From: a virus
DNA length: 64,000 nucleotides
Direction: 5' to 3' (one strand)
Virus record (IMG/VR): IMGVR_UViG_3300027816_000057
Shown here: piece by piece, positions 48,683 to 58,518 of the stretch
Position numbering within the stretch: position 1 is the first letter of the stretch
How the letters are laid out: each line of letters opens with the position of its first letter
The notes under the pieces: model-generated
Told to the model about the DNA's origin: nothing
Databases searched by the model: none
What the model saw: only the letters and a program-made list of their open reading frames with translations
Program-made: the position numbers and the translations under genes

Positions 48683-50146
48683 ATGAAAAACAATATATCA
48701 AACCTAGAATTAGAAAAATCTATAATTGGAACTATAATAAAAAATGGTAGCGATAGTTATTACGAAACAGCAGATTTAATTGATTCTAATTGTTTTTATT
48801 ATCCAGAAACTCAATTAATATATAATGCGGTTACAAATTTAATAAAAAATGGTGTAGAGAAATTTGATAATTCTACCGTTATACATCAAATAAAAGAAAT
48901 AGATAAAAACGCAGTAGAAAAATATGAAATAAATGATGTAATATCCGATTCAATTAATCTGTCTGTTTTACCTGAAAATATATCAAATATATCTAAATCT
49001 TTATTACGTCTAACTCTTTTGAGAGGATTAGATCAGGGAATAGTAGCCGCTAGAGAAAAATTAAAAAACGTTGACGCTTCTGCTACTTTATTAGATATAA
49101 CCAGCACAGTAGAGAAGGTTTTATTTGATTTTACGTCTAAAATTATTAATGGTCAAAATCAAATAGTAGATGTTTCCAAGAATATTCATTCATTTGTAGA
49201 ATATCTAGCTACAAATCCACAGTCTATTAGAGGTATTCCAACCGGCTTTCCTTTATTTGACAAAGCTATAGGAGGCGGTTTACGTCGCGGTGGTTTTCAT
49301 GTTATCGGCGGGCGTGCTAAATCTTTAAAATCTACTACAGGTTTTAATATGGCTAATAACGTAGCACAAAATGGAATACCTGTACTGTTCCTAGATACTG
49401 AAATGAATGAGTCTACCTGTATGTCAAAATTACTAGCTATGAATTCAAACATCTCAATACGAGATATTGAAAGTGGTAATTTTGCTAAAAGTGAATCTAC
49501 TTTAAAACAAGTAGCTGAAGCAGAAAGAAAGATAGACGGATATAATTTTTCATATGTTCCAGTTGCTGGATTGAGTCACCATAAAATAATTTCTATTGCT
49601 AAAAAATGGTTACTTAAAAATGTAGGATTAGACGAAAATGGTAGATTTAAAGATTGTCTTGTTATTCTAGATTATCTTAAAACAATGGATTTAAAAGAAA
49701 AAGGGAACGATCAAGAATATCAGTATTTAGGACAAATAGCTACCGATCTACATAATTTTGCAACACAATACGATGTTCCAGTTCTTACCTTTGTTCAATT
49801 AAATAGAGACGGTATAGATCGAGAAGATTCCGGCGTTGTATCAGGATCAGATAGAATTTTATGGCTTTGTACGTCATTGTCTATAATTAAAAAGAAGAGT
49901 GACGAAGATAGAATGATTGATCCAGACACTAACGGCGATAGAAAATTAATAGTTGTTGCCGCTAGATACGGGTCTGGATTAAGAGAAAAAGAATATATAA
50001 ATATCTTTTCTGAACCAGAAAAAGGTATAGTAAAAGAAGGAAAATCGAATTTAGATAATATTGTTTCTAATGGCGGATCATCGAATAATGGCTATAAGCG
50101 TAAAAATTCAAACATAAAAGACGATGATAGTTTCTCATCTTTATAA
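48683..50146 (+). CDS. dnaB: Replicative DNA helicase
   Basis: GIPTGF, FLDTEM, ILDYL, QLNR, ARYG; Walker A variant GRAKSLKS. Confidence 0.92.
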   Translation: MKNNISNLELEKSIIGTIIKNGSDSYYETADLIDSNCFYYPETQLIYNAVTNLIKNGVEKFDNSTVIHQIKEIDKNAVEKYEINDVISDSINLSVLPENISNISKSLLRLTLLRGLDQGIVAAREKLKNVDASATLLDITSTVEKVLFDFTSKIINGQNQIVDVSKNIHSFVEYLATNPQSIRGIPTGFPLFDKAIGGGLRRGGFHVIGGRAKSLKSTTGFNMANNVAQNGIPVLFLDTEMNESTCMSKLLAMNSNISIRDIESGNFAKSESTLKQVAEAERKIDGYNFSYVPVAGLSHHKIISIAKKWLLKNVGLDENGRFKDCLVILDYLKTMDLKEKGNDQEYQYLGQIATDLHNFATQYDVPVLTFVQLNRDGIDREDSGVVSGSDRILWLCTSLSIIKKKSDEDRMIDPDTNGDRKLIVVAARYGSGLREKEYINIFSEPEKGIVKEGKSNLDNIVSNGGSSNNGYKRKNSNIKDDDSFSSL

Positions 50147-51077
50147 GCAGTCAGTTTATCGCTTATTTGAGGACTTAGGCTTTCCTTTGTTTAGTGAAAG
50201 TTTAAGATGCCAGTGCCCTATTCACGGCGGCGACAACGCTAGTGCCTTTAGTTTTAATTTTGAGAACGGATGGCGTTGTTGGACTCATAATTGCCACGAA
50301 GATTATCCAAAGGGTTTAATCGGCCTTATTATGGCTGTTGATAAATGCGAGCTAGATGAAGCCAAACAAAAATTAGCAAAATATTTAGAAAATCAATCAG
50401 TAGAAGATATAGGGAAGATTGAATTCAAAAGAACGGTTAAGACAAATAAAATTTTTGATTCTTCTGTTTTGCCTAAAGATAACTACTCAAAATATTTTGA
50501 AAAAAGAGGATTTAGTAAAAACACTATGGAAAAATTCCAGTGTTTTGAATGCCTTAATAAAAACAAAACTTTATATAATCGTGCAGTAGTTCCAATTTTT
50601 GATGATGAAAATAATTTAGTCGCATTTACCGGACGATCTATTGAAACTAGTTTTATTAAATGGTTACATCAACCAAAAAGTTTTTACAAGTCTAATATAC
50701 TGTACAATTTAAATAATTCTAAAAGATATCTTCTTCGGTTAAAAACTGTAATTATCGTAGAAGGACCGATGGACGTATGGCGATTACACGAAGCAGGTAT
50801 CTATAATGTAGTTGCTCTATTAGGAACATCTATAAGTTACGAACAAATAAAGCTTATAAAAAAATATAATGTCAAAAAAGTAGTCATATTATTTGATCCA
50901 GATCACGCTGGTTTAAAAAGTATGTTAAAAGAAAACGGAATTGTTGATCAATTGTCTAAAGATTTTGAAATTTTTAGTTTACGACATCTTTTAGAAAAAG
51001 ATATAGGTGAAACTGATATTGATTATATAAACTATATAATTAAGCCAGAATTAAGAAAAATTATTTATGGAAAATAA
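50124..51077 (+). CDS. dnaG: DNA primase
   Basis: CPIH..C..C zinc finger; FTGR; VEGPMD; FDPDHAG. Confidence 0.92.
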   Translation: MIVSHLYKQSVYRLFEDLGFPLFSESLRCQCPIHGGDNASAFSFNFENGWRCWTHNCHEDYPKGLIGLIMAVDKCELDEAKQKLAKYLENQSVEDIGKIEFKRTVKTNKIFDSSVLPKDNYSKYFEKRGFSKNTMEKFQCFECLNKNKTLYNRAVVPIFDDENNLVAFTGRSIETSFIKWLHQPKSFYKSNILYNLNNSKRYLLRLKTVIIVEGPMDVWRLHEAGIYNVVALLGTSISYEQIKLIKKYNVKKVVILFDPDHAGLKSMLKENGIVDQLSKDFEIFSLRHLLEKDIGETDIDYINYIIKPELRKIIYGK

Positions 51078-51783
51078 GATTATAATAATAAGCGGTAAAA
51101 AACAATCAGGGAAAAGCTCAGCAAGAGCCTTTTTAACATCAGAAATTTCAAAAGGATATGGTATAGACGGTACTTATACTGAATGGTACAATCCCGTAGT
51201 TAATCATTATTCTTTTGCTGACGAACTTAAAAGATTAGCAATCGAATTATTTAATTTATCGGAAAAAAATGTATACGGAACAAATGAAGAAAAAGACTCT
51301 CCTACTCATATTAAGTGGTCTGATCTTCCAATGCAAGGATATCAATTACACGATTTGCGTCAAGAACTGTGGACGATTAACGGGGTATATAAAAACTTTC
51401 AAAGACAGTATGTAACTGGTCGTGAATTTTTAAAAATATTTGGAACCTATATATGTAGGCGGATATATCCAGATTGTTGGGTTTTAGCGACAATCAATAA
51501 AATCAGAAAAACTAAACAAGATTATGCTATAATAGATGACGCAAGATTTCCAAATGAAATCAAATTACTTTATAACGAATTTAAAGATAATTGTAAAATT
51601 ATAAGATTAGAAAGAAATATTTTTAACGATTCGGATATAACAGAGACTGCACTGGATGATTTTGATTTTAAATCACTTAATTCTGTTATAATTGATAATA
51701 GTAATATGTCGATAGAAGAAAAAAATCAAACTATATTAAATAAACTAAAGGAAAACAATTTCTATGCTAGAAATACTAGATAA
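51067..51783 (+). CDS. Deoxynucleoside monophosphate kinase
   Basis: SGKKQSGKS, SFADELK, IDDARFPNE. Confidence 0.88.
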   Translation: MENKIIIISGKKQSGKSSARAFLTSEISKGYGIDGTYTEWYNPVVNHYSFADELKRLAIELFNLSEKNVYGTNEEKDSPTHIKWSDLPMQGYQLHDLRQELWTINGVYKNFQRQYVTGREFLKIFGTYICRRIYPDCWVLATINKIRKTKQDYAIIDDARFPNEIKLLYNEFKDNCKIIRLERNIFNDSDITETALDDFDFKSLNSVIIDNSNMSIEEKNQTILNKLKENNFYARNTR

Positions 51784-52825
51784 AACGTATTCTTTTGATG
51801 ATGTATTGTTGATACCCAATCATTCTAAAATTAGATCAAGACTTGATTCTACTATAGATATTTCAACAAAAATAGGAAATACTAAATTAGATATACCTAT
51901 TATTTCAGCTAACATGGATACCGTAACTGAATTAGATATGGCTAAATCTATAAGATCATGCGGTGGGCTAGGTATTTTTCATAGATTTTATAAATCAAAA
52001 GAGAAATATCACGCTCAAATAAAAGATTATCAAATTAGCACAAAAGAAGTTCCATATGTAAGCATAGGATTAAAAACTTCTTTTGAAGAAATAAAAGAAT
52101 TAATGGATTTATTTCATACCGACAAATTAAATCTTTGTTTAGATATAGCAAATGCGGATAATGAGAATGTATTAAATTACATATCCAATCTTCTTATTAA
52201 TTTAGATAATAAAGTCAACTTAATTGTTGGTAATATATGCACTAAACAGGCAGCAGTAAGATTAATAAATATAGGCGTTAAGACATTCAAAGTAGGAATA
52301 GGTCCGGGTTCTGCCTGTACTACACGAATACAAACCGGTCATGGAATTCCTCAATTATCTGCTATTCATTATGTAAAAGAAGCTATAGAAGATTTACGAA
52401 ATCCTAAAGATTATCATATCATAGCTGACGGCGGAATTAAAAATTCCGGAGATATTGTAAAAGCTTTAGCGGCTGGTGCTAGTAGCGTTATGATTGGTAA
52501 AGTATTAGCATCTTGTAATGAATCGCCCGCTCCTTTGATTTATCACGACGGACATTCATATAAAGAATACAGAGGTCAGTCCTCTTATAAGTTTCAAAAA
52601 GACAACAATATACATCGTCCAGATATTACACCTGAAGGCGAATGCTTTTTTATTGATTCTACCGGTCCAGTAAAAGACACTATAGATTTACTTGTCGGCG
52701 GAATTCGTTCCGGTATGTCTTACGCTGGTGCTTTAAATTTACGCGAGCTTTATCTTAACTCTAGATTTGTAGAAATATCTAACGCGGGCTTAAAAGAGTC
52801 TTATCCTCATGGTAAAAATAAATAA
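51764..52825 (+). CDS. guaB: IMP dehydrogenase/GMP reductase (no CBS domain)
   Basis: [39 protein letters not shown]. Confidence 0.9.
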   Translation: MLEILDKTYSFDDVLLIPNHSKIRSRLDSTIDISTKIGNTKLDIPIISANMDTVTELDMAKSIRSCGGLGIFHRFYKSKEKYHAQIKDYQISTKEVPYVSIGLKTSFEEIKELMDLFHTDKLNLCLDIANADNENVLNYISNLLINLDNKVNLIVGNICTKQAAVRLINIGVKTFKVGIGPGSACTTRIQTGHGIPQLSAIHYVKEAIEDLRNPKDYHIIADGGIKNSGDIVKALAAGASSVMIGKVLASCNESPAPLIYHDGHSYKEYRGQSSYKFQKDNNIHRPDITPEGECFFIDSTGPVKDTIDLLVGGIRSGMSYAGALNLRELYLNSRFVEISNAGLKESYPHGKNK

Positions 52826-53294
52826 AATAGTTAATATAGGTATAGTTGGACCTAAAGGATATGCTTTAGGGGGTTATGATTTTAACGATAGAAGAAGAAA
52901 AATTCTTAATGAATATCTATCGCATATCTTTCAGATAGAATCTATCAATAAAACCGTTGTTGGATATTGCGGCTTAAATAGTGGTAGCGATTATGAATTT
53001 GCAAAAACATGCAATGAAAACAGAATTCCTTACTATATTTATCTTTCTAATGAAAACGAACAAGACTCATGGATATCAAATATAAAAGAAAGAAATTTGA
53101 TTTTAAATTCCGCAAACGAGGTTCAGTATTTATATAAAGGCGAGTATTCTCCTAAAAAAAATATGAATAGAACAAAAATGATTATAGAAAATTCAGATAT
53201 AGTAATTTATGTTAAAAATAAACTTAAAAATAAATGTAGTATTCTAAATTATATTCTTAATACAAAAAAAACTATTTACTACATCAATATATGA
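52809..53294 (+). CDS. SLOG/YspA-like protein
   Basis: IGIVGP..LGGY; GL..G.D..FA; W; MIENSD. Confidence 0.6.
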   Translation: MVKINKIVNIGIVGPKGYALGGYDFNDRRRKILNEYLSHIFQIESINKTVVGYCGLNSGSDYEFAKTCNENRIPYYIYLSNENEQDSWISNIKERNLILNSANEVQYLYKGEYSPKKNMNRTKMIIENSDIVIYVKNKLKNKCSILNYILNTKKTIYYINI

Positions 53295-53695
53295 AATTAA
53301 TATGTTATTTTGACGGCTCTTATCGTTGTAATAAAAACAAAATGTATTGGGCTTTTGTAATTAATGACCAAAATGGAAACATTATACAGCAAAAAAATTC
53401 CAGCTTAACTCAAAAGGTATGTACGTCTAATTTAGCGGAATTTATAGCTTTAAAAGAATTACTACTATTCTTAAACGAATACAGTCAATCAAATACTATA
53501 TCTAATGTAGAAATATATGGTGATTGTAAAAATATAATAAATGGCATCAATGGTGAATCAAAAATTAGACCCAAGCATTTAAAAGAAATAAAAGATATTT
53601 GTCTAGAATATATAGATCAAATTAAATGCGAAGATATAGAAATATCTTGGATATCTAGAAAAAACAATACAACTTGTGATCGGTTAATGAGATGA
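53291..53695 (+). CDS. rnhA: Ribonuclease HI-like
   Basis: FDGS, TSNLAEF, GDC, WISRKNN..CD. Confidence 0.85.
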   Translation: MKLICYFDGSYRCNKNKMYWAFVINDQNGNIIQQKNSSLTQKVCTSNLAEFIALKELLLFLNEYSQSNTISNVEIYGDCKNIINGINGESKIRPKHLKEIKDICLEYIDQIKCEDIEISWISRKNNTTCDRLMR

Positions 53696-53885
53696 AAAAA
53701 GATAAAAAACCAACAATTGAATTTGTAGCTAACTATATTTTAGATATTCTTAAATATAGACAGGTTCCGACCGATGTAAAAACACCTATGGGTTTTTTAC
53801 CAGATAACCAGATTAAATTTTTAGAAAAATTTGGTTATAAAGTAAAATTATTAGATCAAAATGAAAAAGGCACGGTATATAATAT

Positions 53886-54875
53886 ATGCAAATAGAATCC
53901 GCTTCAAAAAGTTCTTTAGACACCTATCTTGATTGCCCGTTTAAATGGTATTTAACTTACTACTGCAAACAACGAGAACCTTCGGGTAAAGCTGCGGTAA
54001 TCGGTACAATAGTACATAAAGTATTGGAAGTTTTAGCTAAGGCTAAAAAAACCAAACATCATTTACTAAACGATAAATATACTGATTATAATTATTTATC
54101 TAAAATTTGTTATAATCGAGAAGTAAGAAATAATCCTCATTTATCTTTTTCTGACTCAGATTTAAAAACAGTAATTAAACTATGTGATAGTATAATGAAG
54201 ACCATGTATAATCCATTAAAAATGGAAACACTGGCAACTGAAATGGGTTTTGAAATTGAGATACAGAAAAAGGGATTCTCTTATAAATTTGTAGATTATA
54301 GGTCTAATGAGACTAAAACCGGATTTTTTAAACTTACAGGTTTTATAGATTTAATATGTACCTCTAGCGATTCTGTTATAGAAATAGTTGATTATAAAAC
54401 CGGTCAAAGAAAAGATTGGGTCACGGGAAAAATTAAAGATGTACATAATATGCACGATGATCTACAGCTTCAAATCTATAATCTTGCTGCACACTATATA
54501 TATCCAGATAAAAAACGTTTGTTAACACTATATTTTCTAAAAGACGGTGGACCTTATACTATATCACTGGATGAATCTAATGAAGAAGAAATCCTTGACA
54601 AAATTAGAAAAATATTTCGTGTTATTTCTATAGATAGCGATCCTAAAAGATTAAAAGATGACGACGATAAGAAAAAATTTCATTACAAATGTAGAAAATT
54701 TTGTCACTTTGGAAAAACAGAAAATGAAAACGGAGTCAGTCTTTGTGATGAATATTATAATATGTATAAAAAATTAGGATTAAACGAAGCAGCCTTACAG
54801 ATTCAATCATTAACTATTAATGGTAAAAAAAGCAATCGAGTGTTTAAAAACAACAAAAAGGGAATTATCAAATAA
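53886..54875 (+). CDS. PD-(D/E)XK exonuclease (AddB/Cas4-like)
   Basis: CP..W, GT.VH, G.ID..IVDYKTG, QLQIY, C-terminal Cys cluster. Confidence 0.85.
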   Translation: MQIESASKSSLDTYLDCPFKWYLTYYCKQREPSGKAAVIGTIVHKVLEVLAKAKKTKHHLLNDKYTDYNYLSKICYNREVRNNPHLSFSDSDLKTVIKLCDSIMKTMYNPLKMETLATEMGFEIEIQKKGFSYKFVDYRSNETKTGFFKLTGFIDLICTSSDSVIEIVDYKTGQRKDWVTGKIKDVHNMHDDLQLQIYNLAAHYIYPDKKRLLTLYFLKDGGPYTISLDESNEEEILDKIRKIFRVISIDSDPKRLKDDDDKKKFHYKCRKFCHFGKTENENGVSLCDEYYNMYKKLGLNEAALQIQSLTINGKKSNRVFKNNKKGIIK

Positions 54876-56530
54876 TGATCCATATTACTTATAGTCATTA
54901 TTCTTTACAAGAAGCTTTTAGTCATATTGATGAAATTGTAGATCGTGCTTGTAAATTTAAGCTTCCGTATGTTATTTTAGCTGATTATAATTCTGTAGCT
55001 GGTTGTCCGGAATTTATACAATTGGTGCTTAAAAATAATAAAAAGAATAAAGACAATATAATAAAACCGATAATTGGATTTACCTCGTTTTATAACAATA
55101 AAAAAATTCATATACTTTCTCTAAAAAGAGATGGATGGTTTTCTTTAGTAAAGATTATATCTAGACTTAATTCTAAAGATCATTTTTTAAAATATAAAAA
55201 CAGTCATATACAAGACGAAGATTTATCAATTATAAAATCTGATAATAATTTATATCTTCTGTATAGCGACGACAATATATCAGAATCATATTATGTTGAT
55301 AAAGACGACCTGCCTTTTCAACAAATATTAATATGCAATAAACTAAAGACGGACATTGACAATAAAGATTCCGTATTGAAAAATTATCCAGAATATCAAA
55401 TATTTTTTAATAATAATGACTTTAGCTTAAAAGAATACTCATCTGAGCAATGGGTAGATTTTGATAAATTTGAAATATATGATATTTCTAGTCCGTCCAG
55501 ACTTCCAGTATTTAAGAATGAAAAAAACGAAGAGGTTGATCCTGATAAATATCTGACTGATTTATGTCGTATAGGTTGGTCTGAAAGAAAGATGAATGAT
55601 CGTTTTATTAAATATCCAGAATTAAAGACGATATATGTTGAAAGAGTTAAAGAAGAACTAGACACATTAAAAAAATATAATATCTCTAACTATATGTTGC
55701 TGGTTCGAGATTTTACAAATTTTACGAAAAGCAATAACGCATGTGTTGGACTAAGAGGATCTGCGGTAGGAAGTTTAGTATTCTATTTGACTGGCGTAAC
55801 AAATATCGACCCTGTATGGCCGGATACAAATATTCCTTACGATTCTGATAAATCTCTATTATTTTCTCGATTTATTAACAAAGGTCGATTAGCTGAAGGC
55901 AAAAACGCTTTACCGGACGTAGATATAGACATTCCTATCTCTTTTAGAGATAAATTAAAAGATTATATATATAAAAAATACGGTCATGATAAAGCAGCCC
56001 ATATTGCTGCGTTTGGTAAAATTAAAGCAAAAATGGCTATTAAAGATGTGTTTAGAATTCGAGGAAAATCATTTGATGTAGCGAATGAAATTACATCTAA
56101 AATGATCGACGAATCTAAAGTCCAAGATGAACTAGAAGATTTAAAGCAGGTAGACTCTAAATATAATATTATTAACTATAATATAGAATACATTGAAGAT
56201 TTATCAAATTATTATAAAGAATATAAAAATGAATTTGATATAGCTATTCGGTTAAATAACACCAACCGTAGTTTTAGTCAACACGCAGCCGGACTTGTTT
56301 TAGCCGACATTCCTTTAAAAGATTTTTTGCCAATCTATTACGATTCCGAAAAGGATTTAGACGTTGTTGGACTAAAAATGCAGGACGTTGAATATTGCGG
56401 TGCTGTAAAATATGATCTATTGTCATTAGCTGCGTATTCTAAAATTGATGAGATAATAAAAATGGTCAATAAGAATACCAATGAACCAGAGATGACAACT
56501 TACGAACTAGAGGAAAATTATGATATATAA
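54875..56530 (+). CDS. dnaE: DNA polymerase III alpha, N-terminal half (degenerate PHP plus palm/thumb)
   Basis: RGSAVGSLV, LLFSRF, PDVDID, HAAG, KYDLL. Confidence 0.9.
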   Translation: MIHITYSHYSLQEAFSHIDEIVDRACKFKLPYVILADYNSVAGCPEFIQLVLKNNKKNKDNIIKPIIGFTSFYNNKKIHILSLKRDGWFSLVKIISRLNSKDHFLKYKNSHIQDEDLSIIKSDNNLYLLYSDDNISESYYVDKDDLPFQQILICNKLKTDIDNKDSVLKNYPEYQIFFNNNDFSLKEYSSEQWVDFDKFEIYDISSPSRLPVFKNEKNEEVDPDKYLTDLCRIGWSERKMNDRFIKYPELKTIYVERVKEELDTLKKYNISNYMLLVRDFTNFTKSNNACVGLRGSAVGSLVFYLTGVTNIDPVWPDTNIPYDSDKSLLFSRFINKGRLAEGKNALPDVDIDIPISFRDKLKDYIYKKYGHDKAAHIAAFGKIKAKMAIKDVFRIRGKSFDVANEITSKMIDESKVQDELEDLKQVDSKYNIINYNIEYIEDLSNYYKEYKNEFDIAIRLNNTNRSFSQHAAGLVLADIPLKDFLPIYYDSEKDLDVVGLKMQDVEYCGAVKYDLLSLAAYSKIDEIIKMVNKNTNEPEMTTYELEENYDI

Positions 56531-56828
56531 AGTAGAACAATTTTTATCTGACGAAGGTAAAGAAATAAAAGTGCTAACGAATACAGAAAATGAAAAAGAC
56601 GTTAAATATACAACTCCTGTTCCCGTATTGCATCCTGAAATGGGAATTATGGAGGCGTCCGCTGTAATTAAGGTCAGCTCTTTAAAAGAAGCCTTTGATA
56701 GAATAGACTCATTACGAGAAGAATATATTAAAATGATGGAAATGCAAGCTGATAAAATGAAAAATCAGCTAGTAATAGCTAATGACGTTCCAAATATTTC
56801 AAATAAGGCTGGTAAATTAATAATATGA
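56520..56828 (+). CDS. hypothetical protein
   Basis: ORF. Confidence 0.6.
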   Translation: MIYKVEQFLSDEGKEIKVLTNTENEKDVKYTTPVPVLHPEMGIMEASAVIKVSSLKEAFDRIDSLREEYIKMMEMQADKMKNQLVIANDVPNISNKAGKLII

Positions 56829-57322
56829 GTAAATCAACAATATGTTTTATAGGAAAACGACCTAAAGATTTAGTTATTGATTATGGGGATAATGCACTAG
56901 GATTAATAGAAGAATATATTGAAGATTTTGTTAAATCTAATCCAAATGTACAGCTTGCTACATCTTTATCTTATGGAATAGAATATATAGCTGGTAAAAT
57001 TTTTCAAAAGCATCAACTTCCTTATCATGTATTTTTAACTTTTAACAATCAAGAAAAAATATGGCCTAAAAAAACACAGGAAGAATACAAGCAATTATTA
57101 TTAAATGCAAAATCAGTTAATCAAGTAGAAACTGGCGAATGGAGTTTAGATCGATTAAAACTAAAAGATAAAACACTTATTGAACAAAGTAACACAGTTT
57201 ACTATTTATTAGATAAAAAACCTTATGGGAATTTTACTAATAAGGAATTAATTAAAATAAATCTAAATAAAGAGGAAAAATCGGAATCTGACGAAAATTT
57301 AGAAGAAGGGTTTTCATTTTGA
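56825..57322 (+). CDS. SLOG/YspA (DUF1273)-like protein
   Basis: ICFIGKRP; G.E..A; F..QE..W...Q..Y..L. Confidence 0.7.
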   Translation: MSKSTICFIGKRPKDLVIDYGDNALGLIEEYIEDFVKSNPNVQLATSLSYGIEYIAGKIFQKHQLPYHVFLTFNNQEKIWPKKTQEEYKQLLLNAKSVNQVETGEWSLDRLKLKDKTLIEQSNTVYYLLDKKPYGNFTNKELIKINLNKEEKSESDENLEEGFSF

Positions 57323-57960
57323 ACAAACAAGTATTTATATATTTTGATACAGAAACAACAGGCGTCGATCCTAGAGCTGGGCACGAGATTATACAAATAG
57401 CTGCTAAAGCTATTAACCCCGCTACTTTAGAATTTTATGAAAACGGCGAATTTGAAATAGTGTTAAAACCTCAAAGACCAGAAAAAGCTAGTCCAGAAGC
57501 GGTAGAGATACTTGGACCAGAACTTTGGAGCAGATGTCAAAAAGAAGGTTTTGAGCCTAAAGTTGGTTTACAAAAATTTATGGATTGGATTAATTCATAT
57601 AACAATACTCCCGGAAAAAAGTATTGGGGTCAGCCCATTATGGTTGCTCACAATGTAGCGTATGATTTAATGATGATGCACCACGCATTATTAGATGAAC
57701 ACAAACTATATAAAAACCGAGACAGTCTACCTTTCTGTTCTAGATCATTAGATACTTGGGCTTGCTTTTTTACTTTATACGAATCTGATCCAGAAGTTTC
57801 TAAATATAGTCTAGACTCATTAATGGGTATATTAGGTATGAAGAGAACAGCTTCTACTCACGATGCACTAGAAGATGTAAGATTGGGTGCTAACGCTTTT
57901 ATAAGATTTATGAAACTTTATCGACAATTCAAAAAGAAAATAAAAATTAATAACGAATAA
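57319..57960 (+). CDS. dnaQ: DEDDh 3'-5' exonuclease (DnaQ-like)
   Basis: FDTETTG, AHNVAYD, HDALED. Confidence 0.88.
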   Translation: MNKQVFIYFDTETTGVDPRAGHEIIQIAAKAINPATLEFYENGEFEIVLKPQRPEKASPEAVEILGPELWSRCQKEGFEPKVGLQKFMDWINSYNNTPGKKYWGQPIMVAHNVAYDLMMMHHALLDEHKLYKNRDSLPFCSRSLDTWACFFTLYESDPEVSKYSLDSLMGILGMKRTASTHDALEDVRLGANAFIRFMKLYRQFKKKIKINNE

Positions 57961-57984
57961 AATAATCGTGCATGTTGGATATGA

Positions 57985-58518
57985 TTGAAAAGTTATATCC
58001 TGCTTTTGAACTACAGAAAAGATAATCGTACTAAAAATCAATTTGCCGACGATATAATAGAATGTACGAAAATTGAACGCGAGTTGATGAATATATATGT
58101 AGACGACCTAAACAAAAGAAAAGGTGCGTATATCTATACTTTTGTCGATAACGGTATAGATAATAGTGGAAAATTAATTGAAAACGATAAAGAAATAACA
58201 ACAAGTGCCGACTTTAAATTAAAAAAAATTAAAGGTAGAGATAGATTAATCGAAATCAAGTTTTGCCGAAAAGATTTAAACGTTTTTCATTTAAAAACTT
58301 CGCAATTAAAATCATATATAAGGCAAGATTGTTGCGTTGTAATGTTTATGGGTATTGATACCGAAAATATACGATATACTATATTAAAACCTTCAGATAT
58401 GGAGGCGGTATTATTAGGATATAAAGATGTATTTTTTTGGGGCAAAAAACAAAAGAGATTGCCCATAAAAGACTTTAACTGGTATTATGTTAACATCAAT
58501 AGAAAATCTACCAATTAA
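57985..58518 (+). CDS. Putative PD-(D/E)XK nuclease-fold protein
   Basis: E...ADF...IEIK. Confidence 0.5.
   Translation: MKSYILLLNYRKDNRTKNQFADDIIECTKIERELMNIYVDDLNKRKGAYIYTFVDNGIDNSGKLIENDKEITTSADFKLKKIKGRDRLIEIKFCRKDLNVFHLKTSQLKSYIRQDCCVVMFMGIDTENIRYTILKPSDMEAVLLGYKDVFFWGKKQKRLPIKDFNWYYVNINRKSTN

Noticed and set aside
53886-54875. Cas4 / CRISPR system
   Set aside because: No repeat-spacer array or other cas genes seen; the replication context fits a phage exonuclease
56530-58487. Intein or intron joining the dnaE halves
   Set aside because: No intein terminal motifs; the interval is filled by four tightly packed genes with no room for a ribozyme core
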